A stretch of 64,000 nt of DNA from IMG/VR virus record IMGVR_UViG_3300025018_000093. One strand, given 5' to 3'. A model generated the notes under the pieces. That model had not been told where the DNA came from and ran no database searches. It saw nothing but the letters and a program-made list of their open reading frames with translations. This stretch comes from a virus. Lineage: Duplodnaviria > Caudoviricetes. A program made the translations under genes and the position numbers. How positions within the stretch are numbered: the first letter of the stretch is position 1; every line of letters begins with the position of its first letter. Below, piece by piece: positions 1 through 7,648 of the stretch.

Positions 1-111
1 CACCGCGTTATTGGCCGCGACTTCCTTCGCCGTCGGCTCCTTCGGAGCCCATCTTCTTCCGGGGTCGGTGTACCGCCATCCGTCCTCGCTGTCATTAATC
101 CACCAACTCAT
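1..111 (-). CDS. hypothetical protein, 5' part only (runs off window start)
   Basis: ATG at 111 just after the upstream stop; open frame MSWWINDSEDGWRYTDPGRRWAPKEP... to the window edge. Confidence 0.4.
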   Translation of the reverse strand, partial: MSWWINDSEDGWRYTDPGRRWAPKEPTAKEVAANNAV

Positions 112-114
112 GGC

Positions 115-372
115 TTAGACCTCCAGAACAGAAGGGTTGGCGTCCGCAGCCAGCTTCATGAACTTCAACAGATCGTAGATGACTGCATCGGGATCTTTGA
201 AGCTAGCTTGATCGAAGCCCAAATAGTGCTCCCGCAGAGCGCTGGCCACACCTCGGATGTCTGTATCACTCGTGGGGAGCGACGTCCCATAGGCACGAGA
301 CCCTGCCAAGGTCAGAAAAATGACTCGTTCATTCAGCCAGGGGACGGTCCCCGGGTTCGTTGGTAGTTTCAT
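115..372 (-). pseudogene. truncated DNA polymerase beta-like nucleotidyltransferase
   Basis: GSRAYGTSLPTSDTDIRGV (GS...DxD) motif; stops at NPSVLEV after 85 aa; the other frames also close at once. Confidence 0.7.
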
Positions 373-820
373 CTTGCTCTCCTTTTCCAAGTAATTCCAC
401 GTCGGGTATATGGTCCCAACGCCAGTTGGAGTTCAGTTGGATCTGGTCATCGGAGAAGGGAAACTGCACAGCATTCTCGAAGTCATCCCCTCGAAACATC
501 AGCTCCGCCACAGTCGTCTCCACACTCGACCTGTGCTCCTCCCCCAGGAGGACCGTTGTCCAGTCCACGAGCTTCTGTGGCTTTACAGGCCACCGTATGT
601 ATGCCAAGCATACCAGCACGGCTGCCGTTTCATAGGACAGATTGTGGTACGCCTTGGCCAACCGCGTGGCCAACCAGGGGCACCAGTTCTGTGGACGAAG
701 CGTACTCAGATAGAGTACAGCCGCAGAGAGACTTCCTTGCTTGCGAGCACAGTTGTACCCGAAAAGAGGTTCTTTCTCCAAGAGTATCACTCCGTCCTGA
801 CTGATTCTCCGTATGGTCAC
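329..820 (-). CDS. hypothetical protein
   Basis: 163-aa ORF in a - strand run, overlapping its neighbours; no recognised motif. Confidence 0.5.
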   Translation of the reverse strand: MTIRRISQDGVILLEKEPLFGYNCARKQGSLSAAVLYLSTLRPQNWCPWLATRLAKAYHNLSYETAAVLVCLAYIRWPVKPQKLVDWTTVLLGEEHRSSVETTVAELMFRGDDFENAVQFPFSDDQIQLNSNWRWDHIPDVELLGKGEQDETTNEPGDRPLAE

Positions 821-1113
821 TCTTGCTCTCCCCTTTGCATGTCTGCATAAAGTTTCTGGAACCCACTAATACCCATGATGTACCGACGGTTAGCGGAGTC
901 ACGAGCTAGGGATGTTCGGGGTAGAGTTGTGATCACGATAAGTGACCGAAGCCCCACCGTCTGCACTCGTATATGTCCCCGTGGACAACACTCCAGCACA
1001 CGAACGAAAACACCTGCATACCGTCCCTGTACAATCTGGAGGAGTTCTCCAACGAAAGTCGCATCCTCTTCCGCGAGAGGCTGAACGGCAAAATGTGTCC
1101 ACTTGTCACTCAT
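817..1113 (-). CDS. stand-alone KOW-domain protein (paralogue of the NusG C-terminus)
   Basis: GELLQIVQGRYAGVFVRV...QTVGLRSLIVITTLP aligns with GDQVKVVEGKYAGLLMEV...QTSGLRSLSVITRLP of the 49114-50106 product; ATG at 1113 after GGGGAC. Confidence 0.7.
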   Translation of the reverse strand: MSDKWTHFAVQPLAEEDATFVGELLQIVQGRYAGVFVRVLECCPRGHIRVQTVGLRSLIVITTLPRTSLARDSANRRYIMGISGFQKLYADMQRGEQE

Positions 1114-1232
1114 CTTGTCCCCATGGCAGGCAAACGTATGCCCTCCGGCCAGAGATACGCGAAGCCAGCGATTTTTGTCCTGCACTCCGGGACAACAGGG
1201 TACTTTGTTTCCTCCGTTAGATTGACCTCTGA

Positions 1233-1305
1233 TGGCCCCGCTCGGGATCGAACCGAGAACCTGCCGATTATGAGTCGGAAGCTCTAACCATTGAGCTACG
1301 GGGCC
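1233..1305 (-). tRNA. tRNA-Ile2 (anticodon CAT, lysidine type); CCA not encoded
   Basis: GGCCCCG-TA-GCTC AATGGTTA GAGC...GACTCATAATC...GGTTCGATCCC...CGGGGCC-A; closely resembles enterobacterial tRNA-Ile2 rather than tRNA-Met. Confidence 0.85.
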
Positions 1306-1500
1306 GCCCCCATACATCATACGCCCGCTCAACCCTCGGGTGACAAGCTGATAAACGGCCTATGCCCCAGTAGGATGGGAGGGTGTATGCGCCGAGAGTA
1401 TCGTAATGCGGATAAAGGGGCCGCCCTTTGCCGTCTCACCAAATTGCACAAGCGGGTTGAGTTTCAAGTCGTCAGTCCAGACGCTGCGGAGGAAGTGGAG

Positions 1501-2073
1501 ATGTCGGAACTTCGAAAAAAAGTCATTCGTCTTGCTTATCATAGGCCAGACTTGAGGGCGGACCTTCTCCCCCTCCTTTCTCGGCAGGACAAGATGGCGT
1601 TACAGCTTCCTAACGGGAAGATCGTCCTGGATAAGCTCAACTCCTTCCTGCGGAACCAGATGACTGCCATCGCGCAGTACATGGTCCACTCCGAGATGTG
1701 CGCCAACTGGGGATACTCGAAGCTAGCGGCTGCTGGGAAGGCGCGCGCCATGACGGAGATGCGTCATGCGGAAGCTTTGATCGAACGCATCATTTTCCTG
1801 GAGGGTACTCCCATTGTGGGTCTCCTCAATGAGGTGTTCACGGGCAAGATTGTTCCCGAGCAGCTTCAGCTCGACCTCGAAGCAGAACAGAAAGGGATCG
1901 CCGGGTACAACGAAGGCATCGCGATATGCAACCGCGTCCAAGATCACGGAACCCGGCAACTCCTGGAAGCCAATCTGAAGGATGAGGAAGGTCACCACGA
2001 CTGGCTGGCCTCCCAGCTAGACCAGCTCAATCAGATGGGCGTCGGAAACTACCTGGCAGCTCAGATGGGCTAG
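1501..2073 (+). CDS. bfr: bacterioferritin with an N-terminal ~30-aa tag
   Basis: LNSFLRNQMTAIAQYMVHSEM, EMRHAE (heme Met), DLEAE, DEEGHHDWL, QMGVGNYLAAQM; ATG 1501 after GGAGGAAGTGGAG. Confidence 0.95.
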   Translation: MSELRKKVIRLAYHRPDLRADLLPLLSRQDKMALQLPNGKIVLDKLNSFLRNQMTAIAQYMVHSEMCANWGYSKLAAAGKARAMTEMRHAEALIERIIFLEGTPIVGLLNEVFTGKIVPEQLQLDLEAEQKGIAGYNEGIAICNRVQDHGTRQLLEANLKDEEGHHDWLASQLDQLNQMGVGNYLAAQMG

Positions 2074-2312
2074 CCCCGGTACTTTGACTTGTCGACGTCG
2101 GCATAATGGTAGACGGATGCCTCTCTATCAAGGGGAGATTCCTCCCCCATGATGCACAGGAAGGCTCTTTCCGCCCAAGCTGCATGCTCCGTCTCTTTTT
2201 CCTTTGTGAGTGCCACCTCAAACTCCTTGAACAAGTCTGTGAGCTTCTCTTGGACAGAAGGCATGAGTCTCTCCAGCAATAGCTCCCCCAAGCAGGTGTG
2301 ATAATGATTCAA
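2070..2312 (-). CDS. hypothetical protein (start may be 2264)
   Basis: 80-aa ORF filling the gap, converging on bfr. Confidence 0.45.
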   Translation of the reverse strand: MNHYHTCLGELLLERLMPSVQEKLTDLFKEFEVALTKEKETEHAAWAERAFLCIMGEESPLDREASVYHYADVDKSKYRG

Positions 2313-2329
2313 TTGCCACCTACCAGTAG
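2302..2329 (+). promoter_or_regulatory. candidate phage promoter motif TAR-N5-CWAT-N13-TAG
   Basis: TAA tgatt CAAT tgccacctaccag TAG, 25 bp upstream of ATG 2355. Confidence 0.4.
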
Positions 2330-2354
2330 GTTGTAACTAGCTCTGGAAAAGACT

Positions 2355-3053
2355 ATGCCTCGTTCGCTCAAGTCTCGTATCGTTCGCCTTGCCCACAGCA
2401 ATCCCGTGTTACGTGCCCCGCTTCTGGAGATTCTGGAAAGAGTAGCCACGGGTCGGGTAGATGATGAGTTCGAGCGTCTTCTGCACACCCCGCAGTGGTG
2501 GGAGGATAGGGAGGCTACAGACCGCTTGGCGCGTCTGATTTCTCGGAGGTCCCTTTCCGAGCCACAGCTCCGGCAAATCTTCAAGGGACTCCACCGAAAG
2601 ATAGATCCCGCAGAGGCAAATCAGCTCCGCTCCATCTTGGACTGGCCTGCCATCCCTTCCTACGTGCTGACAGAGGAGCAGGCCGATACAATTGTGGAAG
2701 CTCCTTGGTTGTATCCGCACATGGAATCTTGGAAAGGGTACGAGGTGACGGTCTACTATGAGGTCTGGACACACGAGGACCTGGACGTTGGGGATACCGA
2801 TGACAGGGGTGAAGAGTACGAGAAGGAAGCTTTCAGCCTAGAGGAAGCTGTGGATCTCCTGGACAGCTACAGTTGGGAAGATTGGTCCGCTTCTACCCCT
2901 CGCTCTGGTGACTGGTTGGTCTCTGAGGGACAGCAGGATTACCGTGACGGGTCCATAACGTACTATCATGGCTTCGTACAAAGGCTGGACAAGAAAGACC
3001 TCACACGCGAGGAAATCCAGTACCTCTCTAAGAAGTTAGGGGTGCGAGTATGA
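2355..3053 (+). CDS. acidic hypothetical protein with N-terminal RLAH tag
   Basis: 232-aa ORF beginning MPRSLKSRIVRLAHSNPVLRAPLLEIL. Confidence 0.8.
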   Translation: MPRSLKSRIVRLAHSNPVLRAPLLEILERVATGRVDDEFERLLHTPQWWEDREATDRLARLISRRSLSEPQLRQIFKGLHRKIDPAEANQLRSILDWPAIPSYVLTEEQADTIVEAPWLYPHMESWKGYEVTVYYEVWTHEDLDVGDTDDRGEEYEKEAFSLEEAVDLLDSYSWEDWSASTPRSGDWLVSEGQQDYRDGSITYYHGFVQRLDKKDLTREEIQYLSKKLGVRV

Positions 3054-3142
3054 ATGGAAGCAGGAAAGTCCACGGTGAGAACTTGAACGGGGCGCGGTTG
3101 CTTCTACAGCAAGCCAGCGTAGCTACAAAAAAAGGAAAGAGC

Positions 3143-3637
3143 ATGCACACACTTCGCAGTAAGCTTATTCGCCTAGCCTATGCAAACCCAGGAAAGCTCA
3201 GAGATAGCTTGTTGCCTATTCTCGCGAGTAGCCTCAGAAAACACTACGTAGTGTACGGTACGCATCGAAGGGCAAATACACCCCCCGTAACGTTTCGAAA
3301 GACGCAACAGGGTGAGTGGGTCATCATGATGCCTGAAAGCTATGCCCGAGTAGGGGACACGGTGGCAGTCACTAAGAAGGACGGGCACACCAAGAATGTG
3401 CAGATTGTTCGAATTCGACGACCCTTCAATGTGCAAGGCAAGCCCTACGTATACTGTGAGTTCAAAGATTCCTCTGCACGCCCCGTGTCAGCACCGTCAA
3501 TGTCTGTAGCAATTTGTGATAATTGTGGGGCACGTATCAGTGGTTCAGGAGAAGAGCGTGTAGATTCCTCCGGTATCCGAGGGATTGTGTGTCGAAATTG
3601 TGCACGTGCGAGTCGGTATGAACTGAGCTTTGCCTAA
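3143..3637 (+). CDS. hypothetical protein: RLAY tag, small beta domain, C-terminal zinc ribbon
   Basis: ATG 3143 after AAAGGAAAG; MHTLRSKLIRLAYANPGKLRDSLLPIL; GDTVAVTKKDG; CDNC...CRNC. Confidence 0.75.
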   Translation: MHTLRSKLIRLAYANPGKLRDSLLPILASSLRKHYVVYGTHRRANTPPVTFRKTQQGEWVIMMPESYARVGDTVAVTKKDGHTKNVQIVRIRRPFNVQGKPYVYCEFKDSSARPVSAPSMSVAICDNCGARISGSGEERVDSSGIRGIVCRNCARASRYELSFA

Positions 3638-3706
3638 TTTGAGCCGGGATACAGTAGTGCTGGTAATGAGAGAAGATTGCTAGGTTCCGGGGAGTCATGG
3701 GTGGTC

Positions 3707-4435
3707 ATGAATACAGACCAAATGGCGAAGCGAATCTTGACCCGAGTTTTGCGGGCGAGTTCCGTGTCCAGCTCTGACCTCCGGGACGCACTGAACCACG
3801 TATCGGATCTGGCTGGGCGCACACTTCGGGTGGCGGACTTTGATCTCTCCCGCCCTCAGCTTCTCCCCCTGCAGAAGCTCTACGACTATGATGACATCAG
3901 TGCCTGGGCAGAGTGGACTGCGGGAGAGCTTCTGGAATACGAAGAGGACGAGAGAGAAGAAGAGGTAGCTAGATTCCGGGGAGCCAACTGGGCTCGACGC
4001 GCTCTCAAGTGGACCCCTCAGAACATGCCTCCTATCATCGTGGTGATACCGCGAGACAAAGGGACGGAGATCGGGGACGGTCGCGGTCGAGTATCCCTGG
4101 CGCTAGGACTCGGGTGGGACAAGATCCCCACCGTCATCGCAACAGAGCGTTGGAACCAAGACCTTTCGTGGACCCCGGCACGAAATACCGTCTACTGCGC
4201 TGAGACAGCGGCGGGCCGTGGTGGTCCGCCCCTACCTAGAGGGTGTCATGCCTACAATTCACGACTTGTTACCGAAGTGAGGAGAGGGTGTCATGACCAC
4301 TGCAACGTTGCTTCTGAACGCTTCCTACGAGCCCTTACGGGTGATCCCCTGGCACAAGGCGATCACTCTTGCTTTGCTTCAGAAGGCAGACATCCTGGAG
4401 AGCTACGAGGGCAAGGTTATCTGTGCAACCAATGA
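3707..4435 (+). CDS. ParB/Srx-like domain protein; the C-terminal ~90 aa look like run-on
   Basis: MPPIIVV...EIGDGRGRVSLA...IPTVI motif; the tail overlaps the HNH gene by 143 bp. Confidence 0.55.
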   Translation: MNTDQMAKRILTRVLRASSVSSSDLRDALNHVSDLAGRTLRVADFDLSRPQLLPLQKLYDYDDISAWAEWTAGELLEYEEDEREEEVARFRGANWARRALKWTPQNMPPIIVVIPRDKGTEIGDGRGRVSLALGLGWDKIPTVIATERWNQDLSWTPARNTVYCAETAAGRGGPPLPRGCHAYNSRLVTEVRRGCHDHCNVASERFLRALTGDPLAQGDHSCFASEGRHPGELRGQGYLCNQ

Positions 4436-4790
4436 CGTCTACGCCTGGCCAGCGGTAGCACGTCTTCGTTCTCGTGTGTCCTGGAGGGACCGTGGTGTAC
4501 GCTTCAGCCGTACAAACGTGTACAAGCGGGATGACTTTACTTGTCAGTTCTGTGGGAAGAGACATGCTCCGGCTCAGTTGACGTTCGACCACGTTCTGCC
4601 GAAGTCCCAGGGAGGACCAACATCCTGGACGAATATCGTGACGGCATGTCTCTCTTGCAACCAGCGTAAGGGAGCCAAGACACCCAAGCAAGCGGGAATG
4701 GCACTACTGCGGGAACCACGTGAGCCGACGTGGTTCCAGAAGGACCTTGTGGCCTACCAGGAAGTGTGGGAGCCCTACCTCTGGACCTAG
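4293..4790 (+). CDS. HNH endonuclease (McrA-like)
   Basis: LLLNASYEPL, NVYKRDDFTCQFCG, LTFDHVLPKSQGG, NIVTACLSCNQRKG. Confidence 0.95.
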   Translation: MTTATLLLNASYEPLRVIPWHKAITLALLQKADILESYEGKVICATNDVYAWPAVARLRSRVSWRDRGVRFSRTNVYKRDDFTCQFCGKRHAPAQLTFDHVLPKSQGGPTSWTNIVTACLSCNQRKGAKTPKQAGMALLREPREPTWFQKDLVAYQEVWEPYLWT

Positions 4791-4881
4791 CCTCCCAACT
4801 CGCCCGCAAGGGCAACCTGGGCCTCTTGAACTCACAGACGCACATGGTAGTATGTGAATAGCTGGACTTCGGTCCAGCCGC

Positions 4882-5068
4882 CCCAGGGGAGCCTGACGGA
4901 TAGGCGCTCGCAAACGGAACGAGTACTGTAAAAGGGTATCGAGACGTTGACATGACGTAACATGCGGAATTTGCGGAGGCACCGAATGGCTCTCAGCAGG
5001 GTCTGTAGGGAAGCACGTTTGGCCGCGTGTTTACTCGATATAAGTGGGTTCGACTCCCATCCCTGGGA
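4882..5068 (+). ncRNA. tRNA-like RNA with a ~120-nt structured insert at the variable-arm position
   Basis: acceptor CCCAGGG(4882)/CCCTGGG(5061)+A; D arm GCCT-GACGGAT-AGGC; arm CTCGC-AAACGGA-ACGAG; T arm GTGGG-TTCGACT-CCCAT; insert closed by TATCGAG/CTCGATA. Confidence 0.7.
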
Positions 5069-5092
5069 TAGGTTACTATGGAAGGCCAAGCT

Positions 5093-5614
5093 CTACTTCT
5101 GGGCTTGGCCTTCCTGCTCGCGCTTGGACCGCAACTGGTGGAGAACCCGCAGGAGGGTTTCTACAGGTTGCCATAGTCCATACACGGACTCATAGAAGCT
5201 GTCTGTGATACGTCGCACATGATCGTATCTGCTTGAAATGATCCAGTCCTGCTTCGTTTTTGTGGGAAGCCACATCAAAGCACCTGTCTGCTGTGAGACA
5301 CACAGAACGAGTTGCGGGACAGGGCGCTTCCCCTCCCATCCAGATACGGTATCGATTAGAATCGTCGGGTGCGGGAAGTCTTCCGGGGTGTGGAAAACTA
5401 CATTCCGGCTCTTCACCTCCATTAGCACACCCTCGCACAAGACGTCGCTAAGCTGTTTGTATCTCCCAGCATCCGCAATGGTGGCGCGAATACCCTGAGG
5501 CAGTACTTGCGTGTCCAACCCCTGGAGCTGGAAGAACAGAGCAACGTACCTCTCTCAGGCATGTCCCGTTTTGCACTCCCGAATGAACAAGGCGTCGTTT
5601 TCAAACCAATCCAC
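5093..5614 (-). pseudogene. PD-(D/E)xK nuclease-like gene with an in-frame TGA at codon 20
   Basis: GGAGG then GTG 5614: MDWFENDALFIRECKTGHA*ERYVALFFQLQGL...SDVLCEGVLMEVKSR. Confidence 0.65.
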
Positions 5615-5685
5615 AGCAGCACCTCCGAGGAGCATACGCAGTAGCTTTCCGATCTGTCCTGCACAGTGCTTGGAGAGCTGCCCGG

Positions 5686-5713
5686 TAAGTCTTCTATGAG
5701 TGCGGCTTCATAG
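5686..5713 (+). promoter_or_regulatory. candidate phage promoter motif TAR-N5-CWAT-N13-TAG
   Basis: TAA gtctt CTAT gagtgcggcttca TAG upstream of ATG 5757. Confidence 0.4.
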
Positions 5714-5756
5714 CGTTCGCAATGCCACCGGATCAGGTGGAACCTGGAGTACATTC

Positions 5757-6080
5757 ATGCCTACTGACTTCAACGAAATCTCGCAGTGGATGCAAGTGCT
5801 TGAAGCACACAACCTCTTGCACGAGGTACAGGCGCGCCCCCACATCTGGGGAAAGCTCAACCAAGCTCTTGCTGAGGAGGACTTGGAAGGTTTGCAGGAA
5901 GCCCTTGAGAAGGCAGACTTCTATGGACTCCTGACCAACGTCTGGACTTCTCGCTTCGGTGACAAGTTCCAAAAGGCTATGCGTCTTGCCGGGGATCAAT
6001 CTCTCCGCCGAAAGATCATTCGTCTGGCGCATAGGAAACCTGAGCTACGGCCACACTTGTTACCCCTACTGATCAAGTAG
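5757..6080 (+). CDS. small helical protein with a C-terminal RLAH tag
   Basis: ends ...SLRRKIIRLAHRKPELRPHLLPLLIK*. Confidence 0.8.
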   Translation: MPTDFNEISQWMQVLEAHNLLHEVQARPHIWGKLNQALAEEDLEGLQEALEKADFYGLLTNVWTSRFGDKFQKAMRLAGDQSLRRKIIRLAHRKPELRPHLLPLLIK

Positions 6081-6579
6081 ACTTCGGTAGTTTGGGGGCT
6101 GGGAGCACATCCTGCATCTTGCGCAGAATAGTGCAGATGCCACCCATTCTGTGGAATAGAGTGCCCAAGTTCTTGAAGTCCTGGTGCACGAGGATGATGT
6201 GGGAATGCGTCAGGATTGGAGCCTCATCCGCTACCCCCTCCTTCTCCAGTAGGCCAAGCAAGTTGAGGTACGGGAGGAGAAGAAGCTGCATCTGCCGCAG
6301 AGACAGCTCTGCACTTTGCAGAGACTTGTCCAGCTCGGCTATCCAAGTTGCTTGGGAACTCTGCTGCAACTCTTGCAGGACCCGCTTCATTTCCTGGACA
6401 GAGATCCCCATATCCCGAAGAAGCTTCTTCGTGCCCCCTCGCTCAGAGAATGTGTCTGTCTCTGGAGAACTCGTATCCTGAGCAGAGGCTGGGGCTTCCG
6501 ATTCAAGAGCTTTCCCCAGAGAGCTTTCCAGCTCTCGGAGCATTAGATCGAAAAGGCTACCATCGGACTTTCCCTTCAT
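6073..6579 (-). CDS. hypothetical helical protein
   Basis: ATG 6579 after AAGGGGGG; 168-aa ORF. Confidence 0.65.
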   Translation of the reverse strand: MKGKSDGSLFDLMLRELESSLGKALESEAPASAQDTSSPETDTFSERGGTKKLLRDMGISVQEMKRVLQELQQSSQATWIAELDKSLQSAELSLRQMQLLLLPYLNLLGLLEKEGVADEAPILTHSHIILVHQDFKNLGTLFHRMGGICTILRKMQDVLPAPKLPKST

Positions 6580-6924
6580 ATACCCCCCTTGGGGTTTGAG
6601 CCGCCTGTAGTGCGGAGAAAAGAAAGTGGCTTTCAACGAGTAGGAAAGCTCTGAGTGACTCGCCTTGGGAAATCCTGTGGGAACTCCCCATCTCCTCTAA
6701 CACAGCCTGCCAATTGGCTAGCTAGTGGATACTTTCTCCCCTCTTCCGGTATAGTCCAAAGATGGCCCGAGGTTCACACCCAAGAGGTTTTGGAACCTGC
6801 AAGAGGGTCTGCCGCGCTCCAATGGAGCTTTGGGCTTGTCCTGAGGACACACCCGTTCTGGTTTTTGGGGAGGACTTCAGTCCTACCTCCCGCGCCCGAG
6901 CAGAGACAAGTAGCGGAGAAAAAC

Positions 6925-7249
6925 ATGAAAACCAAGATCAGAATGACCTTCGACAAGGTCCGTCATGACCAACCCAATGATATCCACTGCGTGGTGAGTC
7001 TTCAGGCTCCCAAGCTAGAGTGGCAGAAGAAACGACCTCCGATTTGCGTCACCAACGCAATTGATGTGAGCGGATCCATGAGCGGAGAAAAGATGCACTT
7101 CGCAAAGCAGTCCGTGCTCAAGCTCGCAGATCACCTCAAACCTGGAGACTGGTGCGGGGGTGGTGGCTTTCGAATCCAACATCCACCCTATTTGCGAACC
7201 CCTTGAAATGACGCCAGAGCAAAAGGAATGTCTCCTCTTCGACTCGTGA
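6925..7249 (+). pseudogene. von Willebrand factor A domain gene, frameshifted and truncated
   Basis: MIDAS-like IDVSGSMSGEKMHFAK; removing one G from 7156-7160 restores CGVVAFESNIHPICEPLEMT, which stops at 7249. Confidence 0.75.
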
Positions 7250-7261
7250 AGCCAAACTGAG

Positions 7262-7648
7262 GTGGATCGTATGGACTATTCAATACCTCTAGGTCTTCTT
7301 GTGCTCTCGGGTGTGTACTTCCTGTCCACTCTGTTGCTTCTCTGGGCTTTGACACGAACTCTGGGAAAACAGTTTCAACAGGCGTCTGCGACACGATACG
7401 ACTACAAGGTGGTAGACCTGATCATCTTACAAGACCCCGGCAATCACGAGACACAAATCCAGAAGTGGGCGGATGAGGGGTGGAGCATTGTAGCCTGCGT
7501 GCCTTTAGTTGGAGGCGCGACGGAGGGGGCTCCCGAGGTTCGATACATTCTCTCGAAGCCGTGGCAGCCTCGACGCTTGGCAAGCGTCATCAAAGCAGAG
7601 TCAAAACAACTCCCTTGTGAAAAGCCGGATACGGAAGGGAAAGAGTAG
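7262..7648 (+). CDS. membrane-anchored protein with a DUF4177-like domain
   Basis: N-terminal hydrophobic helix, then YDYKVVDL...QKWADEGWSIVACV. Confidence 0.6.
   Translation: MDRMDYSIPLGLLVLSGVYFLSTLLLLWALTRTLGKQFQQASATRYDYKVVDLIILQDPGNHETQIQKWADEGWSIVACVPLVGGATEGAPEVRYILSKPWQPRRLASVIKAESKQLPCEKPDTEGKE

Noticed and set aside
1113-1232. Theta/HDV-like ribozyme downstream of the tRNA
   Set aside because: I could not build the nested double pseudoknot or find the catalytic C context by eye, here or after the Thr tRNAs.
817-1332. 171-aa ORF as listed
   Set aside because: Its 5' part is the tRNA-Ile2 gene read as protein; the plausible start is 1113.
1291-1500. 70-aa N-terminal extension of bacterioferritin from TTG 1291
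   Set aside because: It overlaps the tRNA antisense and promoter region; the strong RBS is at 1501.
4882-5068. tmRNA reading of the tRNA-like RNA (GCA AAC... frame ANGTSTVKGYRDVDMT*)
   Set aside because: No G3-U70 alanine identity, a D stem is present, there is no preceding pseudoknot, and the peptide lacks a hydrophobic Ala end.
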